The notes beneath the pieces were generated by a model that ran no database searches, was not told the DNA's origin, and was given only the letters and a program-made list of their open reading frames with translations. Below, piece by piece: positions 1 through 12,191 of a stretch of 64,000 bases of DNA. The position numbers were made by a program, and so were the translations under genes. Position 1 is the first letter of the stretch; each line of letters starts with the position of its first letter. The DNA lies in assembly GCF_001194135.2 (NCBI RefSeq), contig NC_068998.1, forward strand, positions 45,241,957 to 45,305,956. Direction: 5' to 3'. Source of the DNA: Octopus bimaculoides. Its lineage: Eukaryota.

Positions 1-371
1 TCTCAAAGTACACCAATAAGATGGAGAACACATCTAAGAGAAGATACACTGCCTCAGTAATAAGGATCATTCTGAATCCGTGGGGTTCCCTGTTTGATAC
101 CAGGAGGACGTTCCACTGTTGTTTTTCCTGTCTATTTTCTCATATTCAGTCTTATGTTTTCATACCTAGAGCCCTTGCCCCTATTATTACTGGCACTGTT
201 CTATTTTCATGCCCCACATCCCTAGATTTCAATTATAATTTCCTAGCACTCAGTTTCTCCACCTCTATATTTTGATCAGAGAGAACTGAGATATTTATCA
301 AATTACAGACATTTTCGTTCAATTAAGGTTATTAGTATTAGTATTAGTATTAGTATTAGAAAGTATTATAG

Positions 372-575
372 GGTGGCAAGCTGGCAGAATCTTTGGCACA
401 TAAGACAAAATGCTTAATGGTGTTTCATCTGTCTTCATGTTTTGAGGTCAACTGTGTCTTTCATCCTTTTCAGGTTTGATAAAATAAGTACCAGTCAAGT
501 ACTGGGGTTAATGTAACCAACTTAACCCCTTCCCTGAAATTGCTGGCCCTGTGCCAACATTTAGAATCAATATTA
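372..575 (+). mobile_element. SINE family D copy (decayed)
   Basis: Head gtggcaagctggcagaatc...aaatgctta and core tttcatccttttcaggtttgataaaataagtaccagt, shared with copies at 8667, 28097, 46385 and 52545. Confidence 0.8.
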
Positions 576-1370
576 GAAAATATTATTACTACTGCTGCTG
601 CTGCTTGTATCAGCAGTGTTGGTGGTGCTCCCCACCCCAACACGTTTGGCTATATCCGTCTTAATCTGTTAATCAGCAAACTTCTTGACTAACTAAATCA
701 GTGTGATTAGTAAACAGGATGAAACAAGCTTCAGCTATTATAGTGCACTCCACACTAACACATGTAAACTTAAGTATGTAATACTTGGTTGACTAAATAT
801 CCATCTCCTTCAGAAAGATTAATCTAGTTATTTAACAACAATTTCTGATCTTTAATGTACTTTGTCCTACAACAGCCTTTGCTTCTTTAAACTTGTTTGC
901 TCTACACTTAATTAGATGTACAAGTCACACCTACATCTTATATTTTAGCAATGAACTACATCTTAATAACTTGATAATCCTCTACAACATTTTCCCCTAT
1001 CCATCTTTCCAAATGCAGAACATTCTATCACACACAATGATGTTTACCAAGCATCAATGCTCATAGATGCAAGCTAAACATTAACCAAATCTTAGCAATC
1101 GAGTAGGTTTCAAGAGGCTCCTTAGTACTAAAGACTTTTGTCCTTTCCCTTAGACTTATCACTATGTAAAATACATATGTTTGTTTATCTTACATTCAGA
1201 TTATCTAAACCAAACTTATTAGTTTACTCAGGTACATACCTGTAGTTATTTTACTTTGATTTATATCTTGAGTTATACTAAAAGTCATTCCTAGCTGTAG
1301 GACTACCTACATCAAAACACAGGCACAAAAATATGTGCGCCTGTACACACACACACACACACACACACAC

Positions 1371-1533
1371 AATGGGCTTCTTTTAGTTTCCATCTACCAA
1401 ATCCACTCTCAAGGCTTTGGTCAGCCCAAGGCTATAGTAGAAGACACTTGCCCAAGGTGCTATGCAGTGGGACTGAACCTAGAACCATGTTGTTGAGAAG
1501 CAAGCTTCTTACCACACAGTTAAGCCTGTACCT
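1371..1533 (-). mobile_element. SINE family AB, 5' (tRNA-derived) half
   Basis: Reverse complement of the 17219 copy head (gtggtaagaagcttgct...ggttcagtcccactgc...ccttgggcaagtgtcttctactatagcc), next to (CA)n. Confidence 0.85.
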
Positions 1534-2536
1534 ATATAAGTATTCTGAGTCTGAATTTTACATCTCCAATAGTCAGTAATTGATAAAATATGTACCAGTA
1601 ATTCATTGATCTCATTTCAATTGATTATAATTTTTGGCTGTATGGTAATAAGAATATTTAGCCTGTATGTATACTCATAGACGTTTTTTCCTTACACATG
1701 CACGCTCCCACTTTGCACCCCTCACCATCACCACCACCAAATGGTGCTTAACAATTTGTATCCAATAAATAGAATGGTCTTATTAAAAATCAAGATAATA
1801 TTAGGAAAGATCAATAAATTAATAGTTGTATGAATGAACACATGTTCAATGATACTGCAGAAGACATACAGATGTATTCATTATTGATCTTCGATAAAAA
1901 CAACCATGTTAACGCACTCAGTAATTTAACATTAAAAAGTGATTTAGAAAAGTCTGTTAATCTATTCCTTAAGAAATGTTTATTTCCATATAGACTTCCA
2001 TTAATGTAGCTTCGGACAGATTCTCTTTCAGCTGGTTTTCATTAAAACATGCTCGAATTCTGTAGCAGTTGAATATTTACAATTATGAATATTGCAATAA
2101 TATTTTATAAAATTTTACGAAGAAAATTTTAATATTTTAGGAAAATGAATATTATTTTGTATTCTCACATTAAGGTCATTAAAAGAATGTTCTGTATGTA
2201 TAATATTTGGAATATTATTGATGGATTTTTATGTAGGGCATTATTGTGAACATATAACCTGATGAAAGCTATTCCTCTTAAGTAAAAAGTCTCCTTAATT
2301 TCAGCTAGACAATGTAAAGTTACAAAATATTTATCTTTTATGCATTAGTTTCAATGCTGATAATGGTCGGCTTCTATAGAGTTATGTTCATCGTTGCCTT
2401 ACCCAAGAACACGGGACGGAATTAGGAAGAAGATATTATGTATGAACCCATAAGTTATTTGTAGTAGCATCTTATAGCTTCAACTACCCTTGATTCTGAG
2501 CCTCACTGTGAAGACTATCATTATTATTATTATTCA

Positions 2537-2650
2537 AGATGGCAGAATCATTAGCATGTTGGGCAAAATGCTTAGTGGCATTTCATTTGTCTTTACATTC
2601 TGAGTTCAAATTCCAGCAAAGTCAACTTTGCCTTTCATCTTTTCAGAGTT
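2537..2650 (+). mobile_element. SINE family D 5' fragment (CpG-decayed)
   Basis: gatggcagaatcattagcatgttgggcaaaatgcttagtggcatttc...ttctgagttcaaattcc...ctttgcctttcatc. Confidence 0.75.
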
Positions 2651-4592
2651 ACCCTTGCTTATACTTTGCTCTGAGACCAAACAACTAGTATATATAATAA
2701 CCCTATATAGTAACTGTTTATACAAAGGAAAATATTGTAATAGTCATTGTTTTAGTTGAATTGCTGTGGTTAGCATGCATAATTATATTATCAATATGCA
2801 ACCTATATATCGTTAATATAACCTAATTTATCTCAACGTTGTGTCTAGCTTGAGAAACAATCTCATATTACTGCTGTTATATTTTCCAAACTGTAATGTT
2901 CAGCATCCAAATAGATTTCAATAGAATTTCATTTCTTTCCTTTTTTAAGTGGAAAATTTACAATAAAAATATGTATAGTTGAGAAACACTGTCTGTGTGG
3001 ATGGAGACAATCCCGGGAGATTGAATTAGGACCAACATCACAGTAAGCAGATCAATAACTAGCAACAGTATCTATACATGGGTAATAACTAATACCACAA
3101 GTACCAGAACCTATAAATAGAAGCAAAACTGTATTTAAGAATAAAGTCAGTTCTAAAGTAAATGTGAAATAAGAAAATAGCCAAGTTACTGGATTAGCAG
3201 TGCAATGCCTTATGAATTCAGATTTAATCTAAGTCTCAGTGCACAAGGGAAATGGCTTAATGGATAAGGTATTGGGCTACTGTTTCTTGGTTTATGAGTT
3301 CAACTCCATCACTAGCATTTTGTCATGTCTTTGTGCAGAACTTTTTATTTTAAATATTTTACTGTCAAGAATACCAACAAGTACTTCAAGAGAAAGTTAT
3401 GTAAAAACACGGGTCTCCAGTCCAGGGGAAAATGTATCTCTAAAGGGTCCCTGAAGTTTGTAATACTCCAAGGCAGATTTTAATAAATTAAGGAAGCTGA
3501 TTTTTAAAATGTATAAAAGATGCTTGTACAATATATATATGCATATATATAGAGAAAGAGTGCATTAGTTTACAAACTTTAACAAGTATCTCTAGAATAT
3601 CTCTTTCTTGGTTAGTTTGTTTTGTTTTCATTTGGGATTCTCAGGAAGAAAGACAAACAATTCTAAATCGTTCATTTCATGTCCATTTTCTATGCTTGGA
3701 ATAGTTTATGAAAATTTTATCGTCTACATATCATTCTGTGTGGCGAATTTGTTACTTAAATGTTTTTATCTCCTAATCTTTCTTCTGTAAAACCTTTATT
3801 TTTGATCTCTGATTACAAAAGAGTACAATAGCTGTTTTTCACTTCTGAATCTGTCCAAGCTCTTTGATTCACAAACTCTAAATCTTATCTCTATATCATA
3901 ACTTTTGTACTTTTAAATATGTAATATATTTGGGAGTCTTGTAATATTGAAAAAATTAACGAACTGAGTAATCAGACTTAAATTATCAAGAAACAATATT
4001 ACTATTCCAGCTTTTTGAGGTTAAACAATATTTTGCCCCTGCTTATTTCGTCTCAGTAAAACTCTTTTTTTTTTTTTATAAAATTTGTAAATTTTAAAAT
4101 AGCATTTATGTTACCAAAGTCTACATCTTTAGATTCTTCTTTCACACATTCTTTGCAACAACATCTGTCAATTTTTCTCCAACTCAGTTTTTTTTTTTTT
4201 CTTTATCAGAAAATGAAGAAAACATTTCAAGAGGTGTTACATATTTCTTCCAACATGAATGTGTGTGTGTGTGTGTGTGTATGTATGTGTGTGTATGTAT
4301 GTATGTATGTATGTATGTATTTGTGTATGTATGTCATTGTTCAGTTTTGTTTCAAGATTTCATGCTAATAGAGAAAGAGTTGGTTTCTAACCTAGATCCA
4401 AGACTCCTTCATTGGAATTTCAACATCAACAACAGGATATTTTTGTATGTATGAATGTATGTATGTATATGTGCAGATTTGTAAGTTTTGCTTTATGTAT
4501 GTATTCTCATGCATATAGTTGCATATCTAGACATGCTCATATATATTTACTTGATAAACTTCTAGAAAGCTTTACAGACTTATACACACACA

Positions 4593-4624
<32 letters not shown>

Positions 4625-4630
<6 letters not shown>

Positions 4631-4781
4631 GCTTCTTTCAGTTTTCGTCTACCAAATCCACTCACAAGGCTTTGGTCGGCCCAAGGCTAAAGTAGAAGAT
4701 ACTTGCCCAAGGTACTACGCAGTGGGACTGAAACCAGGACCCTGTGGTTGGTAAGCAAGCTACTTACCACACAGCCACTTC
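4625..4781 (-). mobile_element. SINE family AB, 5' half
   Basis: gggcttctttcagttttcgtctaccaaatccactcacaaggctttggtcggccc...cttaccacacagccact is the reverse complement of the AB head. Confidence 0.9.
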
Positions 4782-4828
4782 TATATATATATATAGATAG
4801 ATATATAGATAGATAGATATATGCATAT

Positions 4829-5011
4829 TATGTAATTTGTATATTTTACATACATATATGCCACTTATAAAAACAAAGATGTATACATGCATACACACAC
4901 TTAGACACACTTGTATGTGTGTGTGTGCATGTATATGTGTCTAAGTGTGTATGTATGTGTACATCTTTGTTTATAAGTGCCATACGTGTACATGATATGT
5001 CAAATTATGTA
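4829..5011. repeat. Imperfect inverted repeat / foldback hairpin (~180 bp)
   Basis: cacttataaaaacaaagatgtatacatgcatacacacacttagacac pairs with gtgtctaagtgtgtatgtatgtgtacatctttgtttataagtg; pairing extends outward to tatgtaatttg / caaattatgta. Confidence 0.8.
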
Positions 5012-5684
5012 GCTTTCAGATAGAGATTGTGTTGAAAGTTTATCTAAATCTCTGTAGAAGAGACTATTGGACAACCTTGTAATAACACTTTATAAAAAGG
5101 AACTAAAACTACAGATCTAATGTTATCAACATCGATTATTTTGTTAGAGACACTCTAAGAATCCATGTGACAATATTGATTTACTATAGCATTCTCAGTT
5201 TCTACGAGGGTTACTTATAGTGCTTAGAACTTGTCTAATTGACTTCAGTAAACACCAAATTCTATTTAAGCTTATAATTCTCTTTGACACATCTGTCAAT
5301 GGAGTAGCTTCAAACAGTTATTTATGGACTTCAAACAGTTTCAGATTGAAACTAGATATTTCAATGCATCTGGTAAAATAGTTAGTAGAATTTATAGCCA
5401 ATTAATTAAATTATAATTCTGTCATCAATGACCATATTTGGAATTTACTATGCTTTTCTCTTTTTCTGGCGGGGAAGAAATATCCCTGACTGCAGTTGCT
5501 GCTACTGATCTGCCAAGATGGCTCAAGTGCTGTTAATATTCTGTTTAAACATCTGTAGAAAGACATGTACTGAAGAATATATGAGCAGAAATGATGGGAT
5601 GGCATGTTTTATGTAGGATGTAGAAGATACGACAAGGAAAGGAAAGATAGTCTTTGAGTTAAAGATTGTATGTAGCTTGTTTGT

Positions 5685-5912
5685 TTAACTCTTTAGCATT
5701 CAGATTATTTTGTCAACTGTGATGCTTTATTATTCACATTGTTTTGAATTAGTAATGCATTATCTCATAGCTTTGAGGTTCTGATGAAGTGATTGTTTAT
5801 TTTTAGAATGACATTATAGGGTGGGTGTGAGAGGTCAGATTTGGCCAGTTTAAGCATAAATCATGTAGAATATTTGGGCCAGATTTTGCTGGTTTAAATG
5901 CTAAAGGATCAA
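5685..5912. mobile_element. piggyBac-like non-autonomous MITE
   Basis: Ends ttaa-ctctttagcatt ... aatgctaaaggatcaa (degenerate TIRs, TTAA-like flanks); a related copy lies at 30961-31147. Confidence 0.65.
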
Positions 5913-5989
5913 AGAAGTAGTTGTCATTATATTTGTTTGTTTAAAGCAGCAGTTGTTGTTATGTCTGTTGTAATGGAGACAAAAAGGGA

Positions 5990-6160
5990 AACAGCACGAC
6001 TGCAGGTCTTATCAAGCTACTTCAGAGATAACCAGCAACTGGTCTATGTTAGAGTATTTTCTGACTGCAAATAGGAAACCTAGTCTTTTGGATGCAGTTT
6101 TGCTTTGTCATGTATGTGAGGCAACCATGAGTTATAATCAGAGGTTCTGAAGCCCATCAC
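5990..6160 (-). pseudogene. Decayed CR1/Jockey-group LINE ORF2 fragment (post-RT region)
   Basis: Minus frame reads KTASKRLGFLFAVRKYSNIDQLL, resembling the A-SKKLGFL-R-RKYF-LL-LYK-RP motif C-terminal to LINE RT domains (recalled pattern, not searched). Confidence 0.45.
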
Positions 6161-6834
6161 TTCAAGGTTTATTATTTATAAAGAAAGACTAATTCTTTGA
6201 TATGTGTAACAACTGTATTTTTGAGATACTGAAGGATGATTCAACCATTTTAATTAAATACAGATTATATGTTACATAATCTTGTGTTTTATTTTTAGTT
6301 GGTATTAACTAATTACTTAGATCAAAATATCAATGTTTTCAAAAATCGGCTGATTACATAATAAAGATAACAATGTCAGAATTTAAATGATGTTGCTAAA
6401 TATCAAACTATAAATGTTATTTTTTACTACACCATCTGTTGTCAGTTACAAATGTCTTAGAAACGAAAGACATTTAAGAACATTGAAAACGTTTCGTTAA
6501 AAAGCTTCATGATTAAACATCATCATAAGAGTGAAAGGGGAAAATATCTTATTTCTAAATGGTCTTTATTCTACTGAGTCACAAGTAGAGGTAGAATGCA
6601 TGAGTGGATGGTTATGTAACTAACAGGATTTGGGGCACGGTATTTTGCAAATGAACACATTGCATATTTAGGAAGTACACTTAATTACATGGGGTATTGT
6701 TTATTTAGATGTAGGAAACAAATAATAGATATCAGTGTATCCAGAAAGGATATCAGCAATAAATTTGTGATGCATTGAGGGAGAGATTTATTTTTCAGTC
6801 GGTTATAGTATCATTATCAAAGAAACACAAAATT

Positions 6835-7145
6835 ATTATTGGCACATAAAATACACCATTTTGAGCATGGCCGTTGCCAGTACCTCCTGACTGGCCTTCA
6901 TGCCGGTGGCACGTAAAGGCTCTCACTACACTCTCAGAGTGGTTGGCGTTAAGAAGGGCATCCAGCTGTAGAAATTCTGCCAAATTAGATTGGAGCCTGG
7001 TGTAACCATCTGGTTCANNNNNNNNNNCTGCCAAATTAGATTGGAGCCTGGTGTAACCATCTGGTTCACCAGTCCTCAGTCAAATCGTCCAACCCATGCT
7101 AGCATGAAAAGTGGACATTAAACAACGATGATGATGATGATGATG
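6835..7145 (-). mobile_element. SINE family E copy spanning an 11-N gap
   Basis: Reverse complement of cgtttaa...ttccatgctagcatgggttggacgatttgactgaggactggtgaaccagatggttacaccaggctccaatc...ctggatgcccttc; (gat)n at the end; related copies at 25480 and 54248. Confidence 0.85.
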
Positions 7146-7741
7146 TTTCTCAAACATCAGTAAAAATGTTTCTATCTAATAAAAATAGTTATTTTGGGAT
7201 TGAGCAAGGATCAAGTATCTCAACTTAGAGCTAAAAAAGGAAACAATAAGTAATATCCTGAGGGTTGCTTTTATGCTGGAATAAGTTTTATAGTGAATGG
7301 ATTCAAAGCCAGTTTTCCTGAGGACTTCAGAGTTAGAGATATGTTGCTACCATTTGATGTTCGTCATAGCTCTCATATGTCACATGACAGAAGTACTGAT
7401 CTTTTGATTTGTGTTTTGTAAAGTGTCTAAAGTTCTGGTAGTATCATACAGACAACTGAAATAGCTGTTTGTCATATCTCTTCATCGGTTTCATATTGAG
7501 TCCTTGGTCGACACATATTCTCAAGTCACCTATTTCTCAAGGTTATATGAAAATAGTAAAGTCAGTGCTAGAATAATATAAAGAAGTGAGAAATATCTAT
7601 CAATTAAGATTAGAGAGGTGAAAATAATTCATTACCTAAATGAGTAAATCTGGTCATAATAAAGGCAAAGGAGGTAAATCTGAAATTTAAAATGTTAATT
7701 AATAAAGAAATGTGAATTCAATCTTTATTATTATGATAACA

Positions 7742-8131
7742 GTGGAGGCGCAATGGCCCAGTAGTTAGGACAGCAGACATGAAGTCATAAGATCGCGGTT
7801 TCGATTCCCATACCGGGCGCTGTGAGTGTTTATTGAGCGAAAACACCTAAAGCTCCACGAGGCTCCGGCAGGGGATGGTGGTGAACCCTGCTGTACTCTT
7901 TCACCACAGCTTTCTCTCACTCTTACTTCCTGTTTCTGTTGTGCCTGTAATTCAAAGGGTCAGCCTTGTCACACTCTGTGTCACACTGAATATCCCCGAG
8001 AACTACATTAAGGATACACGTGTCTGTGGAGTGCTCAGCCACTTGCACGTTAATTTCACGAGCAGGCTGTTCCATTGATCGGATCAACTGGAACCCTCGA
8101 CGTCGTAAGCGACGGAGTGCCAACAACAACA
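7742..8131 (+). mobile_element. Full-length SINE family C (tRNA-derived head, (CAA)n tail) with 12-bp TSD
   Basis: A-box tggcccagtagtt, B-box ggtttcgattcc, tail caacaacaac; TSD attatgataaca at 7730-7741 and 8132-8143. Confidence 0.92.
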
Positions 8132-8229
8132 ATTATGATAACAACCCCAGATATGTTTTAGTCTAACTGTGAGTGTCAGCCTTTCAAATGACTGGGGAGG
8201 ATATAAGGTTTTAGGGGTGTAATAATTAG

Positions 8230-9126
8230 AAAGAGGAGTAACTAGGGATAAAATACCTGTGGAAGATTCCTCTTAGGTCTTGGAGAAGTGTGACCCCCAT
8301 TTCATGAACTGAGCCTTTATTTATGTATCATAAGGAATGGCCATGTTTCATTCTCTGTCTCCAGATAAAAAAAAACTATCTTCATTGACTTCAAATGCTT
8401 CCAGCAGATTGGAGAAGACTTCCACCCTTCTATCTTTTAATTCAGGTTTCAACTGCCAAAAACCAACTCAGCCCACACTTTCTGATACCCAAAGTCTTCC
8501 TCCATATTCTGTAATGCATTGTAACTATATTCCAGTCGTTGGAAACTAGTGACAATGGCCACAATTGATGGTCCCCAACTGTATGGTTTGTCTTTAATAC
8601 CTTTTCTCTTCTTTAAAATTCTCCCTCCATCTGTACACATTTCTCTTGTCATTTTCATAAACAACTTATTTCTTTATTGCCCACAAGGGGCTAAACATAG
8701 AGGGGACAAACAAAGGGATTAAGTCGATTACATCAACCCTAGTGCGTAACTGGTACTTAATTTATCGGCCCCGAAAGGATGAAAAACAAAGTCGACCTCG
8801 GCAGAATTTGAACTCAGAACGTAATGGCAGATGAAATACCGCTAAGCATTTCACCCGGCGTGCTAACGTTTCTGCCAGCTCACCACCTTCATAAACAACT
8901 TGTAGCTTGCTATAGATGTCAGACAGCTTGCCTCTTTGCTTCATCAAGAACTCAAGTATGGCACAATGCTTCTGCTTGGAACCCATTATTTGTCTCTAAT
9001 GAAGAACAGATAGAAGAGTTACTGTAGAAAAAGAGTTACTCCACCAACACGTGAAATGTGAACAACCTATGTCATTTAATAAAAGTTATGCCCTCTTCTG
9101 CATTACTTTTTGTAGAAACCCTCCTA
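8230..9126 (-). mobile_element. Decayed mariner transposon (TIR plus frameshifted transposase), interrupted by a SINE
   Basis: Minus-strand pieces MGSKQKHCAILEFLMK..LSDIYSKLQVVYE | NVYRWRENFKE..IKDKPYSWGP | EDFGYQKVWAELV | LKPELKDRRVEV..LLEAFE | ENETW..SPRPKR match the mariner HTH, WVPRxL and GDETW motifs; TIR-like ta-ggagggtttctacaaaaagtaatgc at 9100-9126. Confidence 0.8.
8667..8887 (-). mobile_element. Full-length SINE family D inserted in the mariner, 13-bp TSD
   Basis: TSD ttcataaacaact at 8654-8666 and 8888-8900; core actggtacttaatttatcggccccgaaaggatgaaaaacaaagtcgacctcggcagaatttgaactcagaac. Confidence 0.92.
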
Positions 9127-10107
9127 ATTACAAAACTTCTGATCTGAAGAATTACAATTCCTTACACATGATTTCTTTCGCATCTCTTTTTTTCTTTTTT
9201 TTTTTTTTTCTGAAGTCTCAAGAATTAAACTGAACAAGCAATTCTGTAAACCAAAAACAAATAAAAAAAAAATGCTCTTTTTGGTTGAAATCTCATTTTC
9301 TNNNNNNNNNNNNNNNNNNNNNNNNNNNNNNNNNNNNNNNNNNNNNNNNNNNNNNNNNNNNNNNNNNNNNNNNNNNNNNNNNNNNNNNNNNNNNNNNNNN
9401 NNNNNNNNNNNNNNNNNNNNNNNNNNNNNNNNNNNNNNNNNNNNNNNNNNNNNNNNNNNNNNNNNNNNNNNNNNNNNNNNNNNNNNNNNNNNNNNNNNNN
9501 NNNNNNNNNNNNNNNNNNNNNNNNNNNNNNNNNNNNNNNNNNNNNNNNNNNNNNNNNNNNNNNNNNNNNNNNNNNNNNNNNNNNNNNNNNNNNNNNNNNN
9601 NNNNNNNNNNNNNNNNNNNNNNNNNNNNNNNNNNNNNNNNNNNNNNNNNNNNNNNNNNNNNNNNNNNNNNNNNNNNNNNNNNNNNNNNNNNNNNNNNNNN
9701 NNNNNNNNNNNNNNNNNNNNNNNNNNNNNNNNNNNNNNNNNNNNNNNNNNNNNNNNNNNNNNNNNNNNNNNNNNNNNNNNNNNNNNNNNNNNNNNNNNNN
9801 NNNNNNNNNNNNNNNNNNNNNNNNNNNNNNNNNNNNNNNNNNNNNNNNNNNNNNNNNNNNNNNNNNNNNNNNNNNNNNNNNNNNNNNNNNNNNNNNNNNN
9901 NNNNNNNNNNNNNNNNNNNNNNNNNNNNNNNNNNNNNNNNNNNNNNNNNNNNNNNNNNNNNNNNNNNNNNNNNNNNNNNNNNNNNNNNNNNNNNNNNNNN
10001 NNNNNNNNNNNNNNNNNNNNNNNNNNNNNNNNNNNNNNNNNNNNNNNNNNNNNNNNNNNNNNNNNNNNNNNNNNNNNNNNNNNNNNNNNNNNNNNNNNNN
10101 NNNNNNN

Positions 10108-10172
10108 TACAGTGACGTAAATACACCAACATCGGTTGTCAAGCGATGGTGGGGGGAATAAACATTGACACG

Positions 10173-10236
<64 letters not shown>

Positions 10237-10350
10237 CACAACAGGCTTCTTTTCAGTTTCCACCTACCAAATCCATTCACAAGGCTTTGGTTGACCCAGA
10301 ACCATGTGGTTGGGAAGCAAGCTTCTTACCACACAGCCACTCTTGTGCCT
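10108..10350 (-). mobile_element. SINE family AB (internal microsatellite; deletion in head)
   Basis: B-half acaccaacatcggttgtcaagcgatgg, then (CA)n(TA)n, then A-half ggcttcttttcagtttcc...cttaccacacagccactc. Confidence 0.85.
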
Positions 10351-10376
10351 CTCTCTCACTTTCACTCCCTCTCCCT

Positions 10377-10411
<35 letters not shown>

Positions 10412-11073
10412 ATATATATATATATATATATATATTTATTTATTTGTTTTATTTTATTCCCTTAATGTAGATCTGCAGAAGCTGGGGTGAAATAAATAAG
10501 TCTTGCCTGACCCATTGATTGAACGTTCACCTCAACTCAGATGGAATTTGTTCCACAAATGATTGTAGCAAACATCTGATAACTTAACTGTTCATATTTC
10601 CTTATTCACTGATCTTACTAGTCTGAGTACTTTTTACAATATCATTTACTGTATATTTATCAATTCTGTGAAATATACATAAAAAGAAATGGAATTTAAC
10701 AAGAAGTTTTTGAAACTAAGAGAAGTGCATATAAAATGTAGTTATGTCTTCATTTGTAAATAAGCAATGTTTTACATACAGCATGTACTGCAGTGCACTG
10801 CGTCTGCCAGTTATCAAACTTGATATTACGAAACTTTCAGCATCTTCCAACAGCACCCGTTGTTTTTTTTTTTTGTCTCTTTTATTTTGTGGAACAAATA
10901 TTGAATAAATTTTAAATGGTCTCTTCTTAGTTCATCTGAAACTCTTGAGGTTTTTTTTAATTGAGTTAATTTCAATAATGGTCTTAAATTAGTCACTATC
11001 AATTCCAGAAAATCATTCACTACCTTTCTCATCTTCAAGTCTCTCATCTCTAAAACGAATTTTGTTTTTTTAC

Positions 11074-11570
11074 CTATGTTGAGCTGTAGATTTGTCGAGG
11101 GTCCTCTTCACACTTTGTTGATATTGTGAGCAGTTCTCTATTTCTAGGTGTTCTATTTTGAACTCTTACAATAAAACCACTCAAACACGCCCCCACCCCT
11201 TCATCTTTGACAGCCTAAAATAAACAGTAAAAGCAAAGCTGTTAAAACAAACCAACAGATTAAAGTTTGTGCTTCAAAATGGCAGATTAGACGAACGTTA
11301 ATTAAATCAAATATTTTATTCCAAAACATATTATTATAAAATCTGCAATTAATACATTCTCCAACAACTTATGCAATTGGCACTATTTGTAGAACTATAC
11401 AACCCACAATAAATGTGGGGAAATAGATATAAAAATAAATGTTAGAAAAGGCATGTATCTATTCATTGTAAAGTTACGTCTTATCTAGTTTTCTAGATTA
11501 GTTCATTCTGAAGTGACAGTAAAAACTACTTATTTCACCTGATTTTAACAACGCAGAGCTCACGTGATTC
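11074..11570 (-). promoter_or_regulatory. Candidate promoter / first non-coding exon of a minus-strand transcript
   Basis: GC-box-like cacgcccccaccc (11186-11198), E-box cacgtg (11561-11566), local CpG retention, minus-strand donor CATAG|gtaaaa at 11074/11073. Confidence 0.25.
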
Positions 11571-12136
11571 ACACATTAAAAGCACATTGTTATTTCAGTC
11601 TTTTAACTGAGATGTGTCTTTGTTTTCATGACATTGTCTTTACTTCTTGTGCCACACTTATTCGCCATCATCTCGTTGGCTGCTAATTACTATCTTAGGA
11701 TGCTACTGCTGTTCCCACTGTTATTATCAAAAAAGAACATTTCTTCTTACTATTGTTACTTCTTTCAGTAGCATGGCAGACACAAGTTTTGGGTTTTGTT
11801 TATCGTTTTATATCATTCCACCACCACCCCCTCCNNNNNNNNNNTGTTTTAAGATAATTTTTCTTAATGACTAAAAATAGCAATTTTAATTAAACTTTTG
11901 CATATTCATATGATGGAATTACATATGTCTCTCTCTTTTAATTTGAAAAGATTCTTCTTTGGTTATATAATTTTGTATCATTCTTTTGGTTCCTTTGCCA
12001 TTTTGTTTTTCTTCAATGAAATTTGACTTGAAATAGAAAAAATCTTTAAAAAAACTTTGTTCGATCATTGTCTTTCATTCTAGAACATGTATGTGTATGA
12101 GTGTGTGTCTGTGTATATATGTTGTTGTTGTTGTTA

Positions 12137-12191
<55 letters not shown>

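Noticed and set aside
6977-7070. Direct repeat ctgccaaattagattggagcctggtgtaaccatctggttca
   Set aside because: Exact duplicate on both sides of an 11-N gap inside a SINE; assembly artefact.
7440-7525. Minus frame GDLRICVDQGLNMKPMKR, faintly like the gypsy RT motif G-IRICVD
   Set aside because: Too short, with no flanking RT similarity.
7742-7820. tRNA-like sequence (also 17219, 20403, 28785, 53078)
   Set aside because: SINE heads with A/B boxes but no complete cloverleaf, continuing into SINE bodies.
9124-10280. ORFs of several hundred aa spanning N runs (also 22584-23933, 40529-41756, 49491-50327, 53162-54359)
   Set aside because: Length comes from assembly gaps translated as X.
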